Notes: a model not told the origin generated them from the sequence alone. DNA of 64,000 nt from Candidatus Marinacidobacterium sp. (GCA_965204755.1 OZ242011.1:2528001-2592000); one strand, 5' to 3'. Numbered from the stretch's first letter, positions 10,295 through 23,778 are shown. Program-made: numbers and translations.

Positions 10295-10712
10295 GTGGAC
10301 GACCGGTCGCCGTTGGGCCGCGGGGTCTTCTCACGCCGCGATAGAAGCCAAGGCCGGCGCGGCGAGTTCCGTATGGAAGTGTTCCGTGATCCAACGGTCG
10401 CCCAGGTGGTCGGTGGATCGGCTGGAGCCGGCCGCGACGAAAATCCTGACAGGGATCGGAGATCGCCGCGGGGCAGAGAGGCGGCCGCCTCGTCGATTCT
10501 ACGGATGGGCAGTGGTCTCCCAAGCCCGAGCCGGAGCCGGAGGCCGTCGGGTCGAGATGACGCCGCAGCCGGACAATCCCTACCACGCCGATATCGTGCT
10601 GCCGGAATGGCCCGAAGGCCTGGAGGAACGGGACTCCATCTGCGACTGCCATGCTCAGGAACTGGCGCAGGCGGCGTCGTTCCGGGAGCGGCCGGTGGAT
10701 CGGCAGTCCTGA
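10295..10712 (+). pseudogene. Frameshifted toxin-like protein (putative ADP-ribosyltransferase fold), gene 3 of the cassette
   Basis: One frame gives VDDRSPLGRGVFSRRD...VFRDPTVAQV; after one extra G at ~10409 the next frame gives SVDRL...FYGWAVV...TPQPDNPYHADIVLP...HAQELA. Confidence 0.55.
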
Positions 10713-11333
10713 GCGGGAAGCGGAAGGAGGCGGCGCACACCCGCCGTCGGCGCCGGCGGGCGGGGGTTCTTCCCCGCCTTCGGCGCGGCAGACAACTCGG
10801 CGCCGGTCGGCGCGCCGGCTCGGGGACCGTCCGCTCGGCGGCCCGGCCGGGGGGCCGTGGTTTCCGGCTGCTCCCCGGGGTCGGGGAGGCGGACGGCCCG
10901 GCGGTCGGAGGGGCGGTCGGGGAAGAAGATCCGGCCCCGGCGGGGTCGGGCGCGCCCCGGCCCCGCCTCGGCCGTCCCGTCCCGGAGGGCTGCCGCGGTT
11001 GCGGGACGCCGCGACCGGCCAGGGCCGGCCTGGGCCCCGTCCCGGCCCTTCCCTCCGCCCCGGAACCCGAGAGTGTCCACTTTTCGCGTCCCATCGACGG
11101 GTGGGGAGGCGAGGCGGACCGGGGCGGCGCGGCGCCGGGGGCTGTCGGCGCGGCGCGGGGTCGGCGCGGCGGGGGCGGGGGCGCGGTACTATTCCCGGCG
11201 CGGGCCGCAGGGTCGGCGGGGGTCGGGCGCGGGTTCGGGCGGCGGCGGCGAGGGGCGGCCGATGGTGGTGGGCTCGCCCAGCCACCCCTAAAGTGATTTG
11301 TTAAGGGTCGGTTGCGGTGAGGGGGGTAATTTG

Positions 11334-11373
11334 TGGTAGCATGTAACCGCTCTTGTACTTGGAGCACGGTTAC
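11334..11373 (+). promoter_or_regulatory. Extended -10 promoter and 5' hairpin of lipoprotein 3
   Basis: TG-G-TAGCAT (11334-11342) in an AT-richer patch, followed by the inverted repeat GTAACCGCTC...GAGCACGGTTAC. Confidence 0.4.
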
Positions 11374-11423
11374 CAGCCGGGTGTCGCGCCCGGTCTTCAC
11401 CCACTCGATTGGGGGTTTTCGAC

Positions 11424-14000
11424 ATGACGAAGCCGAGCAGCCGTTCCTCCGTGGCCCGCGCCCTGTTCCGGGCCGCGCCGCTGGCGCTCATGCTGCTGGC
11501 CGCATTCGGCCTGTTCGTCTCGGGCTGCGGCGACGACTCGCCGACGACGCCCGCGCCGACGCCCACGCCGCCGCCGGCCCCGCCGGCGCCGACGCCGCCG
11601 GCGGTCCCGACCGGGCTCCAGGTGGCCTCGACCGGGCCGGACTTCATCGAGTGGAGTTGGACCGCCGTGGAGGGCGCCACCGGCTACGACATCCAGATGT
11701 CCCTGACCGCGGGTGACTTCTCCACCAATGTCCAGTTGACGCAGGTGGAGGCCGGGACCACCCGCCGCCGGTTCACGGTGGCCGCGGAGACGACCGCCTA
11801 CGCGCGGGTGCGGGCGAAGAACGCGGACGGCGAGAGCGACTGGTCCGCCGCCGTCTCCGGGACGAGCATGGCGGCGCCGATCGTGTTGACCCAGCCGGCC
11901 AACCTGCGGGCCACCGAGGAGGAGCCGCGCTCGATCACCTGGAGTTGGAACGCGGTGACGGGCGCGAGCGCATACGAGGTCCAATTCCGCCTGAACAACG
12001 CCAACTTCACCTCGCAGGACACGATCAGGACCGAGCCCGCTACGACCACGCCGCAGGCCACTTTCGCGGTGCAGCCGGAGCAGGTGGCCTATGTCCGGGT
12101 TCGGGCGGTCGCCGGGACCGGCGCCAACCGGGTGGAAGGGCCTTGGGCCGTTCCCGCGCGCGGCGAGAGCGCGCAGTTGCCGCTGACAGCGCCGACCGGC
12201 TTGGAAGTGTCGGGTCGGGGAGCGGACTATCTGGTGTGGGCCTGGAACGCCGTGGAGGGGGCCACCACCTACGACGCCCAGATCAGCCTCGATGACGACG
12301 ACTTCAGCCCGCCGAGCGACACCTTCCTCGGCCTGACCGCGAGGACGCAACGGGTGTCGAACCTGAGCGGGAACCGACGGGTGTACCTGCGGGTCCGGTC
12401 GGCCCGGGGCACGCAGCGGAGCGACTGGAGCGACTCCGTCGACGGCCGGACCGAGCCGCCGCCGGTCGTGCCGATCGCGACCCCGACCGGGCTCGCGACC
12501 TCGAATCCCCAGCGGACCTCGGTCTCCTTGGACTGGAATGTCGTGGACGACGCCGAGTATTACGAGGTGCAGCAGCGGGCGGCGGGCGGCAGTTGGGGCG
12601 CCGCGACCTGCCGGGACACCGATGACGACGAGCCCACCGACAGCGACTGCGTGGCCACCGGACTCGCAGCCGGCACCGAGTACTCCTTCCGGGTGCGCGC
12701 CGTGCCGCCGGAGGACGAGGCGCTCCAGAGCGCGAGCGAGTGGTCCGCCTCGGTGACCGCCCGCACGACCGGCCGCCAGAGCGTCGGCGGCGGCGCCGGC
12801 GCGCTGAACATCTCCTGGCGCTCCAACACCACGATCACCTGGAGATGGGACCAAGCCGGTGACGCCGACTTCGAGACCAAGATGCTCACAGGTGTCCAGA
12901 ACCGGGACGCGCCCTGCAACACCCGAGGAGGCGTGGAGGGAATCCAGTTGGCGAACTCCTTGGAGTGGAGGGCGCCGGACCCTTTCCGGAGCGTTACTCG
13001 CGTCCTCTGCGTGCGCACGAGGACCACCGACAACGAAGGCGAGATCACTCGCGGGGAGTGGTCCCACAGTTGGGCCGTCACGATGCCCGACCGGCCTGAC
13101 CAGCCGGACGCGGCCGACCTCGGAATCGAGAATGTCGCCGATACCCGCCATGCGCTCTTCGAAGACGACTACCAAGGCGTCCCCGAAGTCGGCGGCGTTA
13201 CTTCCAGCCTGCGTTGGAAGGTGAGTTACTCCAACCAGCCGGAGTTCGACTACGAGTTCCGCTTCCATGTAGATGAAAAGGAAAAGACGACCGACGACTG
13301 GCGCGCTCCCGCAACGGGTACTGAACAGCGACGGTGCGATGCCATGACGGTGAGCGACACGGTTACCCCCGGAGGCTCGGACGCGCCCAGGTTGTTCGAG
13401 AGCGAGATCGACTTGGCGCCCTATGCCGAATACCGGATGTGCTACCGGGCGATCAACGACGATGGACGCTCCGAGTGGGCGTACAATTTCGGCGACAGTC
13501 GCTATACGCGTCCGCTGAAACCGTCCGTAGGGAGCGCCCGCATAACGGACAATGTGGACGCCAACGGAGATTCCGATTCCTCGGGAACCAACTTCCGGCT
13601 GCTATGGCCGATCACGACTTCGACGGACGGGCCCAAGGCGGGCACCACGGTTAGCGCGATCGAAGAGGACTACAACTTCCTCTCGCTCCGGACGATCGGC
13701 GACAGCCCGCAAACCGCGGCGGACGCCGATGATGTGCTGCAGGCCTGCGAGGGCCACCAGTCGACCGGCGGAATACCCAGCAATCTCGAGCGCTTCCGAG
13801 TTGGCGATCTCATCATTAAGCCCCAGTCCACGGAGGGGACTCGATTCGATGTTTGGCTGCCTGTTCCGGACGACGCGCAGCAGAGGTACTACTACCTGTG
13901 TGTGCAGGCCGATGACGCTGGCGATCGAGGTCTCGTAAGAGGCGCCGGCAAGAGCACTTGGGGCGTCAGTTCGGGCAGCGGGCACCGCGTTCCCAACTAG
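11424..14000 (+). CDS. Surface lipoprotein, paralog 3: four or more FN3 domains with an unrelated C-terminal half
   Basis: Lipobox FVSGC; first FN3 domain nearly identical to paralog 2 (VEGATGYDIQMSLTAGDFS, TTAYARVRA, ESDWS); further FN3 repeats (TGLAAGTEYSFRVRA). Confidence 0.88.
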   Translation: MTKPSSRSSVARALFRAAPLALMLLAAFGLFVSGCGDDSPTTPAPTPTPPPAPPAPTPPAVPTGLQVASTGPDFIEWSWTAVEGATGYDIQMSLTAGDFSTNVQLTQVEAGTTRRRFTVAAETTAYARVRAKNADGESDWSAAVSGTSMAAPIVLTQPANLRATEEEPRSITWSWNAVTGASAYEVQFRLNNANFTSQDTIRTEPATTTPQATFAVQPEQVAYVRVRAVAGTGANRVEGPWAVPARGESAQLPLTAPTGLEVSGRGADYLVWAWNAVEGATTYDAQISLDDDDFSPPSDTFLGLTARTQRVSNLSGNRRVYLRVRSARGTQRSDWSDSVDGRTEPPPVVPIATPTGLATSNPQRTSVSLDWNVVDDAEYYEVQQRAAGGSWGAATCRDTDDDEPTDSDCVATGLAAGTEYSFRVRAVPPEDEALQSASEWSASVTARTTGRQSVGGGAGALNISWRSNTTITWRWDQAGDADFETKMLTGVQNRDAPCNTRGGVEGIQLANSLEWRAPDPFRSVTRVLCVRTRTTDNEGEITRGEWSHSWAVTMPDRPDQPDAADLGIENVADTRHALFEDDYQGVPEVGGVTSSLRWKVSYSNQPEFDYEFRFHVDEKEKTTDDWRAPATGTEQRRCDAMTVSDTVTPGGSDAPRLFESEIDLAPYAEYRMCYRAINDDGRSEWAYNFGDSRYTRPLKPSVGSARITDNVDANGDSDSSGTNFRLLWPITTSTDGPKAGTTVSAIEEDYNFLSLRTIGDSPQTAADADDVLQACEGHQSTGGIPSNLERFRVGDLIIKPQSTEGTRFDVWLPVPDDAQQRYYYLCVQADDAGDRGLVRGAGKSTWGVSSGSGHRVPN

Positions 14001-14024
14001 AGTCGGGCCCCGCTCCGACTTCGC

Positions 14025-14068
14025 GCGGCCGGCGCGTCCCGCCTTCGGGCGGGGCGCGTCGGTCGTTT
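14025..14068 (+). terminator. Long GC hairpin with UUCG loop (terminator-like)
   Basis: GCGGCCGGCGCGTCCCGCC-TTCG-GGCGGGGCGCGTCGGTCGT followed by TT. Confidence 0.6.
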
Positions 14069-14304
14069 CGCTCGTACGGCGGCCGGTCGCGTCGGGGCGC
14101 TGCTCGCCGACCGGGCGGCGGCGGGTCGGTTTCCGGGCCGGATTCGTCCCCGCGTCCGGCCCGAGCGCCGCGGACGGCGGGACGGCGCGCGGGCAGGTTC
14201 CCGCGGGAGGGCGGGGGAGGGGCTGCTGCTAGAATCCTCCTCCCTTTGGCCGGGCGCGGCCGGGGTTCCGGCGCGCCCTTCTTCCCCCGAGAGGCCCTTC
14301 GATC

Positions 14305-14661
14305 ATGAAGAAGACCTTTGCTCTCCTCGCTGCCCTGTTGCTCGTGGCCGGCTTCGTTTCCGCCGGCTTCGCTTCCCCTGTCGCTGCCGAGGACATGACC
14401 TTCACCGGCTGGGTGGCCGACGAGGCCTGCGCCAAGGACTACGCCAAGTCCTCGACCGCCGACCACAAGGGTTGCGCGACCGGCTGCCTGAAGAAGGGCG
14501 CGGTGGCGCTCTCGACCCCGGACGGCCTCCACCTGCTGGACATCACCTCGGAGAAGGCGCTGGAGCACCTGGGCATGGAAGTCGTGGTAACCGGCACGCT
14601 GAACGCCGACACGAACACCATCGCGGTTACCAGCATCGCCGCCTCCACCCCGACCGAGTAG
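14305..14661 (+). CDS. Small secreted protein (OB-fold-like, FTGWVADxxC / HxxCxxxC type)
   Basis: Signal peptide; FTGWVADEACAK, DHKGCATGCLKKG, VVVTGTL; upstream extended -10 TGCTAGAAT at 14227-14235. Confidence 0.8.
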   Translation: MKKTFALLAALLLVAGFVSAGFASPVAAEDMTFTGWVADEACAKDYAKSSTADHKGCATGCLKKGAVALSTPDGLHLLDITSEKALEHLGMEVVVTGTLNADTNTIAVTSIAASTPTE

Positions 14662-14903
14662 GAACCCCCTCCCCCCGGCGGGGCCCTCCCGGCTGGACGG
14701 CGGTCAGGCGGCGATCCCTTGCGCCGCCGACCGCGCTTCGGCCCGGAGGGCCCTCGCCGCTCGCCACTGTCGGGTCCCCTCCCCGGGGCGCCGGTCGGCG
14801 CGGTTCTTCCCGCCGCCGGCGCTCCGGTTTCGCGCTGCCCGCTGACGGCCTCCGCCGGTCCGCCCGCCCGCGCCGCCGGGAAGCGCCCGACGGGTAGTTC
14901 CCG

Positions 14904-16031
14904 TTGACCTCCCCCCCGCCGGCCGCCGCCCCGCTCCGGCGGACGCCGCTCCACGCGCTCCACCGGGACCTCGGGGGCCGGCTCGTCCCCTTCGCCGGGT
15001 GGGAGATGCCGGTGCAGTTCGCCGGGGTGGTCGCCGAGCACCGGGCGGTGCGGGAGCGGGCCGGGCTGTTCGATGTCAGCCACATGGGGCAACTCGCTTT
15101 CGAGGGGCCGGAGGCGGAGGCGCTGCTGCAGCGGCTGACGCCCAACGATGTCTCCCGGCTGCGGCCCGGCCGCGCCCACTACTCGGCGCTGACCACGCCC
15201 TCCGGGGGCTTCGTGGACGACCTGGTGGTGTACCGGCGGGGCGAGTCCTCGTTCCTCGCGATCACCAACGCGGCGAACACCGGGCGGGACCGGGAGTGGA
15301 TCCGGGAGCGGGGCGGGGCGGCGGCCGCCGGGGCGATGGCCGACCGGAGCGACGACTTCGCGCTGCTGGCGCTGCAGGGGCCCGGGGCGGAGCGGATCCT
15401 CGACCCGCTGACCGACCTCGACCTCTCCTCGATCCGCTACTACCGGTTCGCCGAAGGGCGGGTGCTGGATACCCCGGCGACGGTGGCGCGGATGGGGTAC
15501 ACCGGGGAGGACGGGTTCGAGATCCTCCTCCCGGCGGAGGGGGCGGAGGCCGCCGCGCGGCGGCTGCTCGAGGCCGGGGAGGGGGAGGGGCTGGTCCCCG
15601 CCGGGCTCGGGGCGCGGGACACGCTGCGGCTGGAGGCGAAGATGGCGCTCCACGGGCAGGACATCGGCGAGGAATGGACGGTGCTGGAGGCGGACCTGGG
15701 CTGGATCGTGAAGTGGAAGAAGGGGGAGTTCGTCGGGCGGGCGGCGCTCGCCGAGCAGCGGGAGAAGGGCGTCTCCCGGAAACTGGTGGGCTTCGAGTTG
15801 CGGGAGCGGGGGATCCCCCGGCACGGGTATCCGCTGCGGGTCGGGGGGGCGCCGTTCGGCGAGGTAACCAGCGGCGGGTTCGCGCCGACGCTGGGGAAGA
15901 GCATCGGCCTCGCCTACCTGCCGACGGCGGCGGCGGAGGTCGGGCGGGAGTTCGAAGTGGGCGTCCGGGGGCGGTTCCTCCGGGCGGAGGTGGTGGCGAC
16001 GCCGTTCTATGTCCGCCCGGACCGTCGGTGA
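14904..16031 (+). CDS. gcvT: Glycine cleavage system aminomethyltransferase T
   Basis: LRRTPLH, VPFAGWEMPVQF, GLFDVSHMG, GYTGEDGFE, GLGARDTLRLEA. Confidence 0.97.
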   Translation: MTSPPPAAAPLRRTPLHALHRDLGGRLVPFAGWEMPVQFAGVVAEHRAVRERAGLFDVSHMGQLAFEGPEAEALLQRLTPNDVSRLRPGRAHYSALTTPSGGFVDDLVVYRRGESSFLAITNAANTGRDREWIRERGGAAAAGAMADRSDDFALLALQGPGAERILDPLTDLDLSSIRYYRFAEGRVLDTPATVARMGYTGEDGFEILLPAEGAEAAARRLLEAGEGEGLVPAGLGARDTLRLEAKMALHGQDIGEEWTVLEADLGWIVKWKKGEFVGRAALAEQREKGVSRKLVGFELRERGIPRHGYPLRVGGAPFGEVTSGGFAPTLGKSIGLAYLPTAAAEVGREFEVGVRGRFLRAEVVATPFYVRPDRR

Positions 16032-16106
16032 CGGGCCCGGCGGTGAGGGATCGGCGGTGACGGGCCCGGCGGTGGCGGGCCTGCGGGTGACGGCCCGGCG
16101 GTGAAG
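16026..16106. repeat. Imperfect ~15-bp tandem repeat (CGGTGACGGGCCCGG) between gcvT and gcvH
   Basis: About five copies, starting in the gcvT stop region. Confidence 0.65.
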
Positions 16107-16168
16107 CGGGATACGGTTCACCGGGCGCCGGGCGCCGGAGACCGACCCTCGAAGGAGAGCATCGAACC

Positions 16169-16561
16169 ATGAGCCCCGAAGACCTGCTCTACAGCCGGGA
16201 ACACGAATGGCTGCGCCTCGAGGCGGACGGGGAGGCGACGGTGGGGATCACCGAGCACGCCCAGAACGAACTCGGGGACATCGTCTATGTGGAGTTGCCG
16301 GAGGACGGCGCCTCCTTCGAGGCCGGCGAGGCGATGGGCAGCGTGGAGTCGGTGAAGGCGGTGTCCGAACTCTTCTGCCCGGCGGGCGGCGAAGTGCTCG
16401 CCCGGAACGAGGAACTCGAAAACGCTCCGGAGCGGGTGAACGAGTCGCCCTACGGGGACGGGTGGCTGGTCCGGCTGCGGCTGGCCGACCCGGAGTCCGC
16501 CGCCGAGGGGCTGCTCACCGCCGCCGCGTACGACGAGTTCGTCGCTTCCGAGGCGGGTTGA
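16169..16561 (+). CDS. gcvH: Glycine cleavage system H protein
   Basis: YSREHEW, VGITEHAQNELGDIVYVELP, lipoyl site ESVKAVSE, NESPYGDGW. Confidence 0.97.
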   Translation: MSPEDLLYSREHEWLRLEADGEATVGITEHAQNELGDIVYVELPEDGASFEAGEAMGSVESVKAVSELFCPAGGEVLARNEELENAPERVNESPYGDGWLVRLRLADPESAAEGLLTAAAYDEFVASEAG

Positions 16562-16619
16562 TCCGGCCCGTTCGTTCCTCCGGCCCTTTCGCCCGCCTCA
16601 CCGACCGCCTCTTCGACCG

Positions 16620-19714
<3,095 letters not shown>

Positions 19715-19718
<4 letters not shown>

Positions 19719-21280
19719 CCGCGAACGGAAACGGCGGATCGTCGTCGGGCGGGTCGTCCGGCCGGTTGTCGGGCGGGTCGTCGTTCGGCGCATCGTCCGG
19801 GAAGTCGTCCGGGAAACCTGGGCTGCGGGCCTGCGCCGCGCAGGTCAGCCCGGTGTTCCTGGACAAGAAGCGGAGCGCCGAGAAGTACGCCGAGTCGCTG
19901 GTCGAGGCCGGTCGGCGGGGCGTGGACCTGGTCGTTACCCCGGAGACCGGGATCGCGATGTATCCGTACTGGCGGAACAACTTCGGGTACGCCGACCCGG
20001 AGTCGGCCCGGGCGTGGAAGGAGACGGTGGCCGCGTTCTACGACCAGGCGGTGCGGATTCCCGGGCCGGAGACCGAAGTCCTGGGGAAGGCGGCGCGCTC
20101 GGCGGGGCTCACCGCGGTCATCGGGGTGAACGAGCAGGACGACCGGCCCGGCTCGCGGACGCTCTACAACACCATGATCTTCTTCGGCCCGGACGGCGAG
20201 ATCCTGGGGCGGCACCGCAAGTTGATGCCGACCCACCAGGAGCGCATCTTCTGGGGCCGGGGGGACGGCAGCGACCTGCGGGTGTTCGAGACGCCGTTCG
20301 GGACGCTCGGCGGGCTGATCTGTTTCGAGAACCACATGACGCTGCTCAAGGCGGCGATGGCGACGCTCGGCGAGGAAGTACACGCCGCCTGCTGGCCGGG
20401 GTATTGGGCGTATGCCGGCGAAGGCGCCACGGTGCGGGACATGAGCGGGACGCGGCATCCGCTCCACCGGTCCGACCAGGACGCGGCGGTGCGTGAGTAT
20501 GCGTTCGAGACGCAGACCTTCGTGGTTTCGGCGTCCATGTTCTTCGACGAGTCGGAAGTGCCGTCGGACTTTCCGTACCGGGAGAGCGCGAACTGGAAGT
20601 GGGCGATGGGCGGGAGTTCCATCGCCACGCCGTTCGGGACCTACGCCGCCGAGCCGGTGTTCGGGAAGGAAGAGTTGGTGATCGCCGACCTCGACCTCGC
20701 CGACCGGACGGTGGCGAAGAATGTGTTCGACTGCATGGGGCACTACGCGCGGTGGGATGTGGCGCAACTGCGGCTGAACCGGCGCGGCGTCGGCCCGGAG
20801 GCGGAGGAAGGGGGATTCCTCGCCAAGTTGCCGTTGCTGGCGGGGCTCGCGGGATTGGGTTCGGGCGGCGGGATCGCCGGGCCGCTGTCCGGGCTGTTGT
20901 CCGGGTCGGGGTCGGGCGGGCCGGAGTCGGGCCGGTCGGATGCGGGCGGGGCGGAGTCGGGCGGGCCGGGGGACGACTCGGAAGGGGAGTTCGGGTTCCG
21001 GTTGCCCGGGAGCGGACGGGCCCGGGCGATCGTCGGCGCGGTGTCCCCGGAGGAGGCGAAGCCGCTGGTGGAGGCGCTCAGCCGGAAGTACGGCCCGGGG
21101 GCGGTGTCCGCGCACCGGGCGGAACTCGACAGCGACGACCTGGACGAACTCGCCCGCTCGCACGGGCTCTCGCACGAGGAGATGGTTTCCTTGCTCCACG
21201 ACTTCATGGACCTGATCCGCCGCCGCAGCGAACTCGTGGTGCCCGAACTCGAGGGCCCGGACGAGCCGACGGACGCGTGA
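19715..21280 (+). CDS. Nitrilase (carbon-nitrogen hydrolase) with a C-terminal extension
   Basis: ATGA overlap with the gcvP stop; catalytic E-K-C contexts TPETG, HRKLMPTHQER, GGLICFENH; FDCMGHYAR. Confidence 0.9.
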
Positions 21281-22491
21281 TGTCTTCGCGCGGAACCGGG
21301 GTATGGCCCGGAGGCCGGGTCGCGGCCGCCCTGTTCGCGGGCGTATTGGCGTTCCCCGCGCTCGGGTTCGCGTTCGCGCAGTCGTCGGGAGCGTCGCCTC
21401 CCGAAGCGTCGACTTCCGAAGCGTCGTCTTCCGAAGCGTCGTCTTCCGAAGGGGCTTCTCCGGTCGTTTCGCAGGCGGCGGAGGAGGCGCCGCTCGACGA
21501 GGTCTTCCACCACGACGCGCACTTCCATACGACGAACTACATCCAGACCGAGATCGCGTTGCCCCGCCTGCTCGAACTCATGGGCGACCAGGTGGGCCGG
21601 GCGGCGCTCATGGGGATCCCGCTGCAGCAGAAGTGGGACTCCTTCGTCTCCGGCGACCGCGCGCCGGACTACTACCTCCGCTCCGACGCGGCGCTCTACT
21701 ACTACTCCTTCGTGGACGCGATGACCGCCGAGGCGTACCGGGCGCTCCCCCCGGCGGACCGCGAGCGGTTCGACCCGATGATCGTGGGCTTCAACCCGAC
21801 GGACATGTATGCCGTGGACCACATCCGCCGGGCGCTGCTGCTCTATCCGGGCGTGTTCTCCGGGATCGGCGAGTTCTCGATCCACAAGGAAGTGGTTACC
21901 GCGAAGACGGCGGGGCATTCGGCGAGTCTGCGGAACGAGGCGGTGGGGCGCATCCTCGACTTCGCCGCGGAAGTCGGACTGGTGGTCTCGCTCCACAACG
22001 ATGTGGATGTGATCCTGCCCCGCTCCGGCGAACGCCCGACCTACCTGGACGACTTCGCCGCGCTGCTGCGCCGGCATCCGGGCGGGCCGGTGCTCTGGGC
22101 GCACGCCGGCATCGGCCGCTTCGTCGAACCGACGCCGGGCTACGCCGACGAGATCGAATCACTCCTCACCGACGAGTCGCTGCCGCACCTGTACTTCGAC
22201 CTGTCGTGGGACCTGGTGATCGACCAACTCGTCGCGGACGAGGCATCCCTCGCCGCCTGGGCGCGCCTGCTGAACACCTGGCCGACCCGTTTCGTCTTCG
22301 GCTCCGACGCGGTCATCCCGGCGGACGCCGAGGGCTACCGAAGCACCCTCCGCTCCTTCGCCCCCCTCCTCTCCCGCCTCACCCCGGAGGCCAGCGCCCT
22401 GATCCTCCACGGCAACTACGAACGCCTATTCGACCAAGCCCGCCGCCAAGTCCGCGCCTGGGAAGCCGCGCAGGCGGCAGGCGGGGAGTAG
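21280..22491 (+). CDS. Secreted amidohydrolase-family (TIM barrel) protein
   Basis: TGATG overlap; signal peptide; HDAHFH, FSGIGEFSIHKE, LWAHAG, DLSW, FGSD; SEASS repeat linker. Confidence 0.85.
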   Translation: MSSRGTGVWPGGRVAAALFAGVLAFPALGFAFAQSSGASPPEASTSEASSSEASSSEGASPVVSQAAEEAPLDEVFHHDAHFHTTNYIQTEIALPRLLELMGDQVGRAALMGIPLQQKWDSFVSGDRAPDYYLRSDAALYYYSFVDAMTAEAYRALPPADRERFDPMIVGFNPTDMYAVDHIRRALLLYPGVFSGIGEFSIHKEVVTAKTAGHSASLRNEAVGRILDFAAEVGLVVSLHNDVDVILPRSGERPTYLDDFAALLRRHPGGPVLWAHAGIGRFVEPTPGYADEIESLLTDESLPHLYFDLSWDLVIDQLVADEASLAAWARLLNTWPTRFVFGSDAVIPADAEGYRSTLRSFAPLLSRLTPEASALILHGNYERLFDQARRQVRAWEAAQAAGGE

Positions 22492-22576
22492 GGCCGCGCC
22501 GTTCGGCGCGCGAACGGCGCGAAGAAGGTGCGGCGGCGCTTCGAGATGGCGGGCAGCCTCTTCGGGGAGGTATTCG

Positions 22577-23722
22577 GTGCTCAGTCAGGTTGAGTTGCGG
22601 CTCTTCAAGTGCTTCGAGCACTTGCTGCTTCCGCTTGCCCCACTGACGCTGCTCACGGGCGCCAACGCGTCGGGCAAGTCGTCGGTTCTGCAGAGCCTCG
22701 TTCTGCTGCACCAGACCATTCGGGAAAACGAGAGGGCTTCGCGACTGGCGCTCAACGGCGCCGGAGTTCGCCTCGGGCGGGCGCCCGACATCGTGAACGA
22801 TGCGTCGGGGCGCGACCGATTCACCCTGGGACTGACGGACGGAGACGAACGAGTCGAGTGGACATTCGCCGGGGATCGCCACGAGAGGTCCATGGCCGTC
22901 GAATCCCTGAGCATCCGCGGTGAGCCGGTCGAGCCAGTTCCGGAACTTCGATACCTGCTTCCGGAGGACGAGTCCGCCCTGGGGCGCTTGGCCGGGCGCC
23001 TAAGAGGCCTGACCTATCTCACGGCGGCGCGGGCTGCGCCGCAGGGGACCTATGCCCTCGCCGATCCGCACTCGTCGGGTCTCGTAGGAGCGCAGGGGGA
23101 GTACGCGCCCGGCGTGCTGCACCGGAAGCGGGAGGAGCGAGTGGCGGGGGCGCTGGCGCTACCGGAGGGCCCGGAGGCGCTGTTTCCGCAAGTGGAAGAG
23201 CGAATGCGGACACTGTTTCCGGGTTTTCGGTTGGCTCTGGAGGAAGTTCCCGGAACGAGCGCGGTTTCGGTGGGGCTGCGGACATCGGAGGACACGGACT
23301 TCCACCGACCCGCGCACACGGGCTTCGGCCTCACGCGGTGTTTCCCGATCGTCGTGGCGGCGCTGGCAGCGGCAGACGGAGACCTTCTCCTGATCGAGAA
23401 TCCGGAACTGCACCTGCATCCTGCGGGACAGGCGCGGATGGGGCGGTTTCTCGCGGAGGTGGCGGCCGCCGGACGGCAGGTTCTTCTCGAGACCCACAGC
23501 GACCATGTGCTCAACGGCGTCCGGCGAGCGGTCAAGGATGGAAGGCTCGACGCGGAGGATGTCGCCGCGCACTTCTTCCGGCCCCGGTCGGAGGATCGTC
23601 CGCAGGTCGCGAGTCCGGCTCTCGACCGCGACGGGCGGATAGATCATTGGCCGCCGGGATTCTTCGACCAGTTCGACCGGGACGCCGGTTACCTCGCCGG
23701 GTGGAGCGACGGCGGCGCCTGA
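22577..23722 (+). CDS. ABC-type (AAA_15/AAA_21) ATPase with DUF3696-like C-terminus
   Basis: LTLLTGANASGKSS, GFGL, LLIENPELHLHPAGQ, ETHSDHVLNGVR, WPPGFFDQ. Confidence 0.88.
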   Translation: MLSQVELRLFKCFEHLLLPLAPLTLLTGANASGKSSVLQSLVLLHQTIRENERASRLALNGAGVRLGRAPDIVNDASGRDRFTLGLTDGDERVEWTFAGDRHERSMAVESLSIRGEPVEPVPELRYLLPEDESALGRLAGRLRGLTYLTAARAAPQGTYALADPHSSGLVGAQGEYAPGVLHRKREERVAGALALPEGPEALFPQVEERMRTLFPGFRLALEEVPGTSAVSVGLRTSEDTDFHRPAHTGFGLTRCFPIVVAALAAADGDLLLIENPELHLHPAGQARMGRFLAEVAAAGRQVLLETHSDHVLNGVRRAVKDGRLDAEDVAAHFFRPRSEDRPQVASPALDRDGRIDHWPPGFFDQFDRDAGYLAGWSDGGA

Positions 23723-23778
23723 CTTGGAACTCGTCTTCAACGAACTCTCCCCGCGCGGCCAGTTCTGAGGGGTCTTCG

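Noticed and set aside
14662-14903. Glycine riboswitch upstream of gcvT
   Set aside because: Conserved aptamer motifs (GGAGA...CCGAAG...CTCTCAGG) not seen
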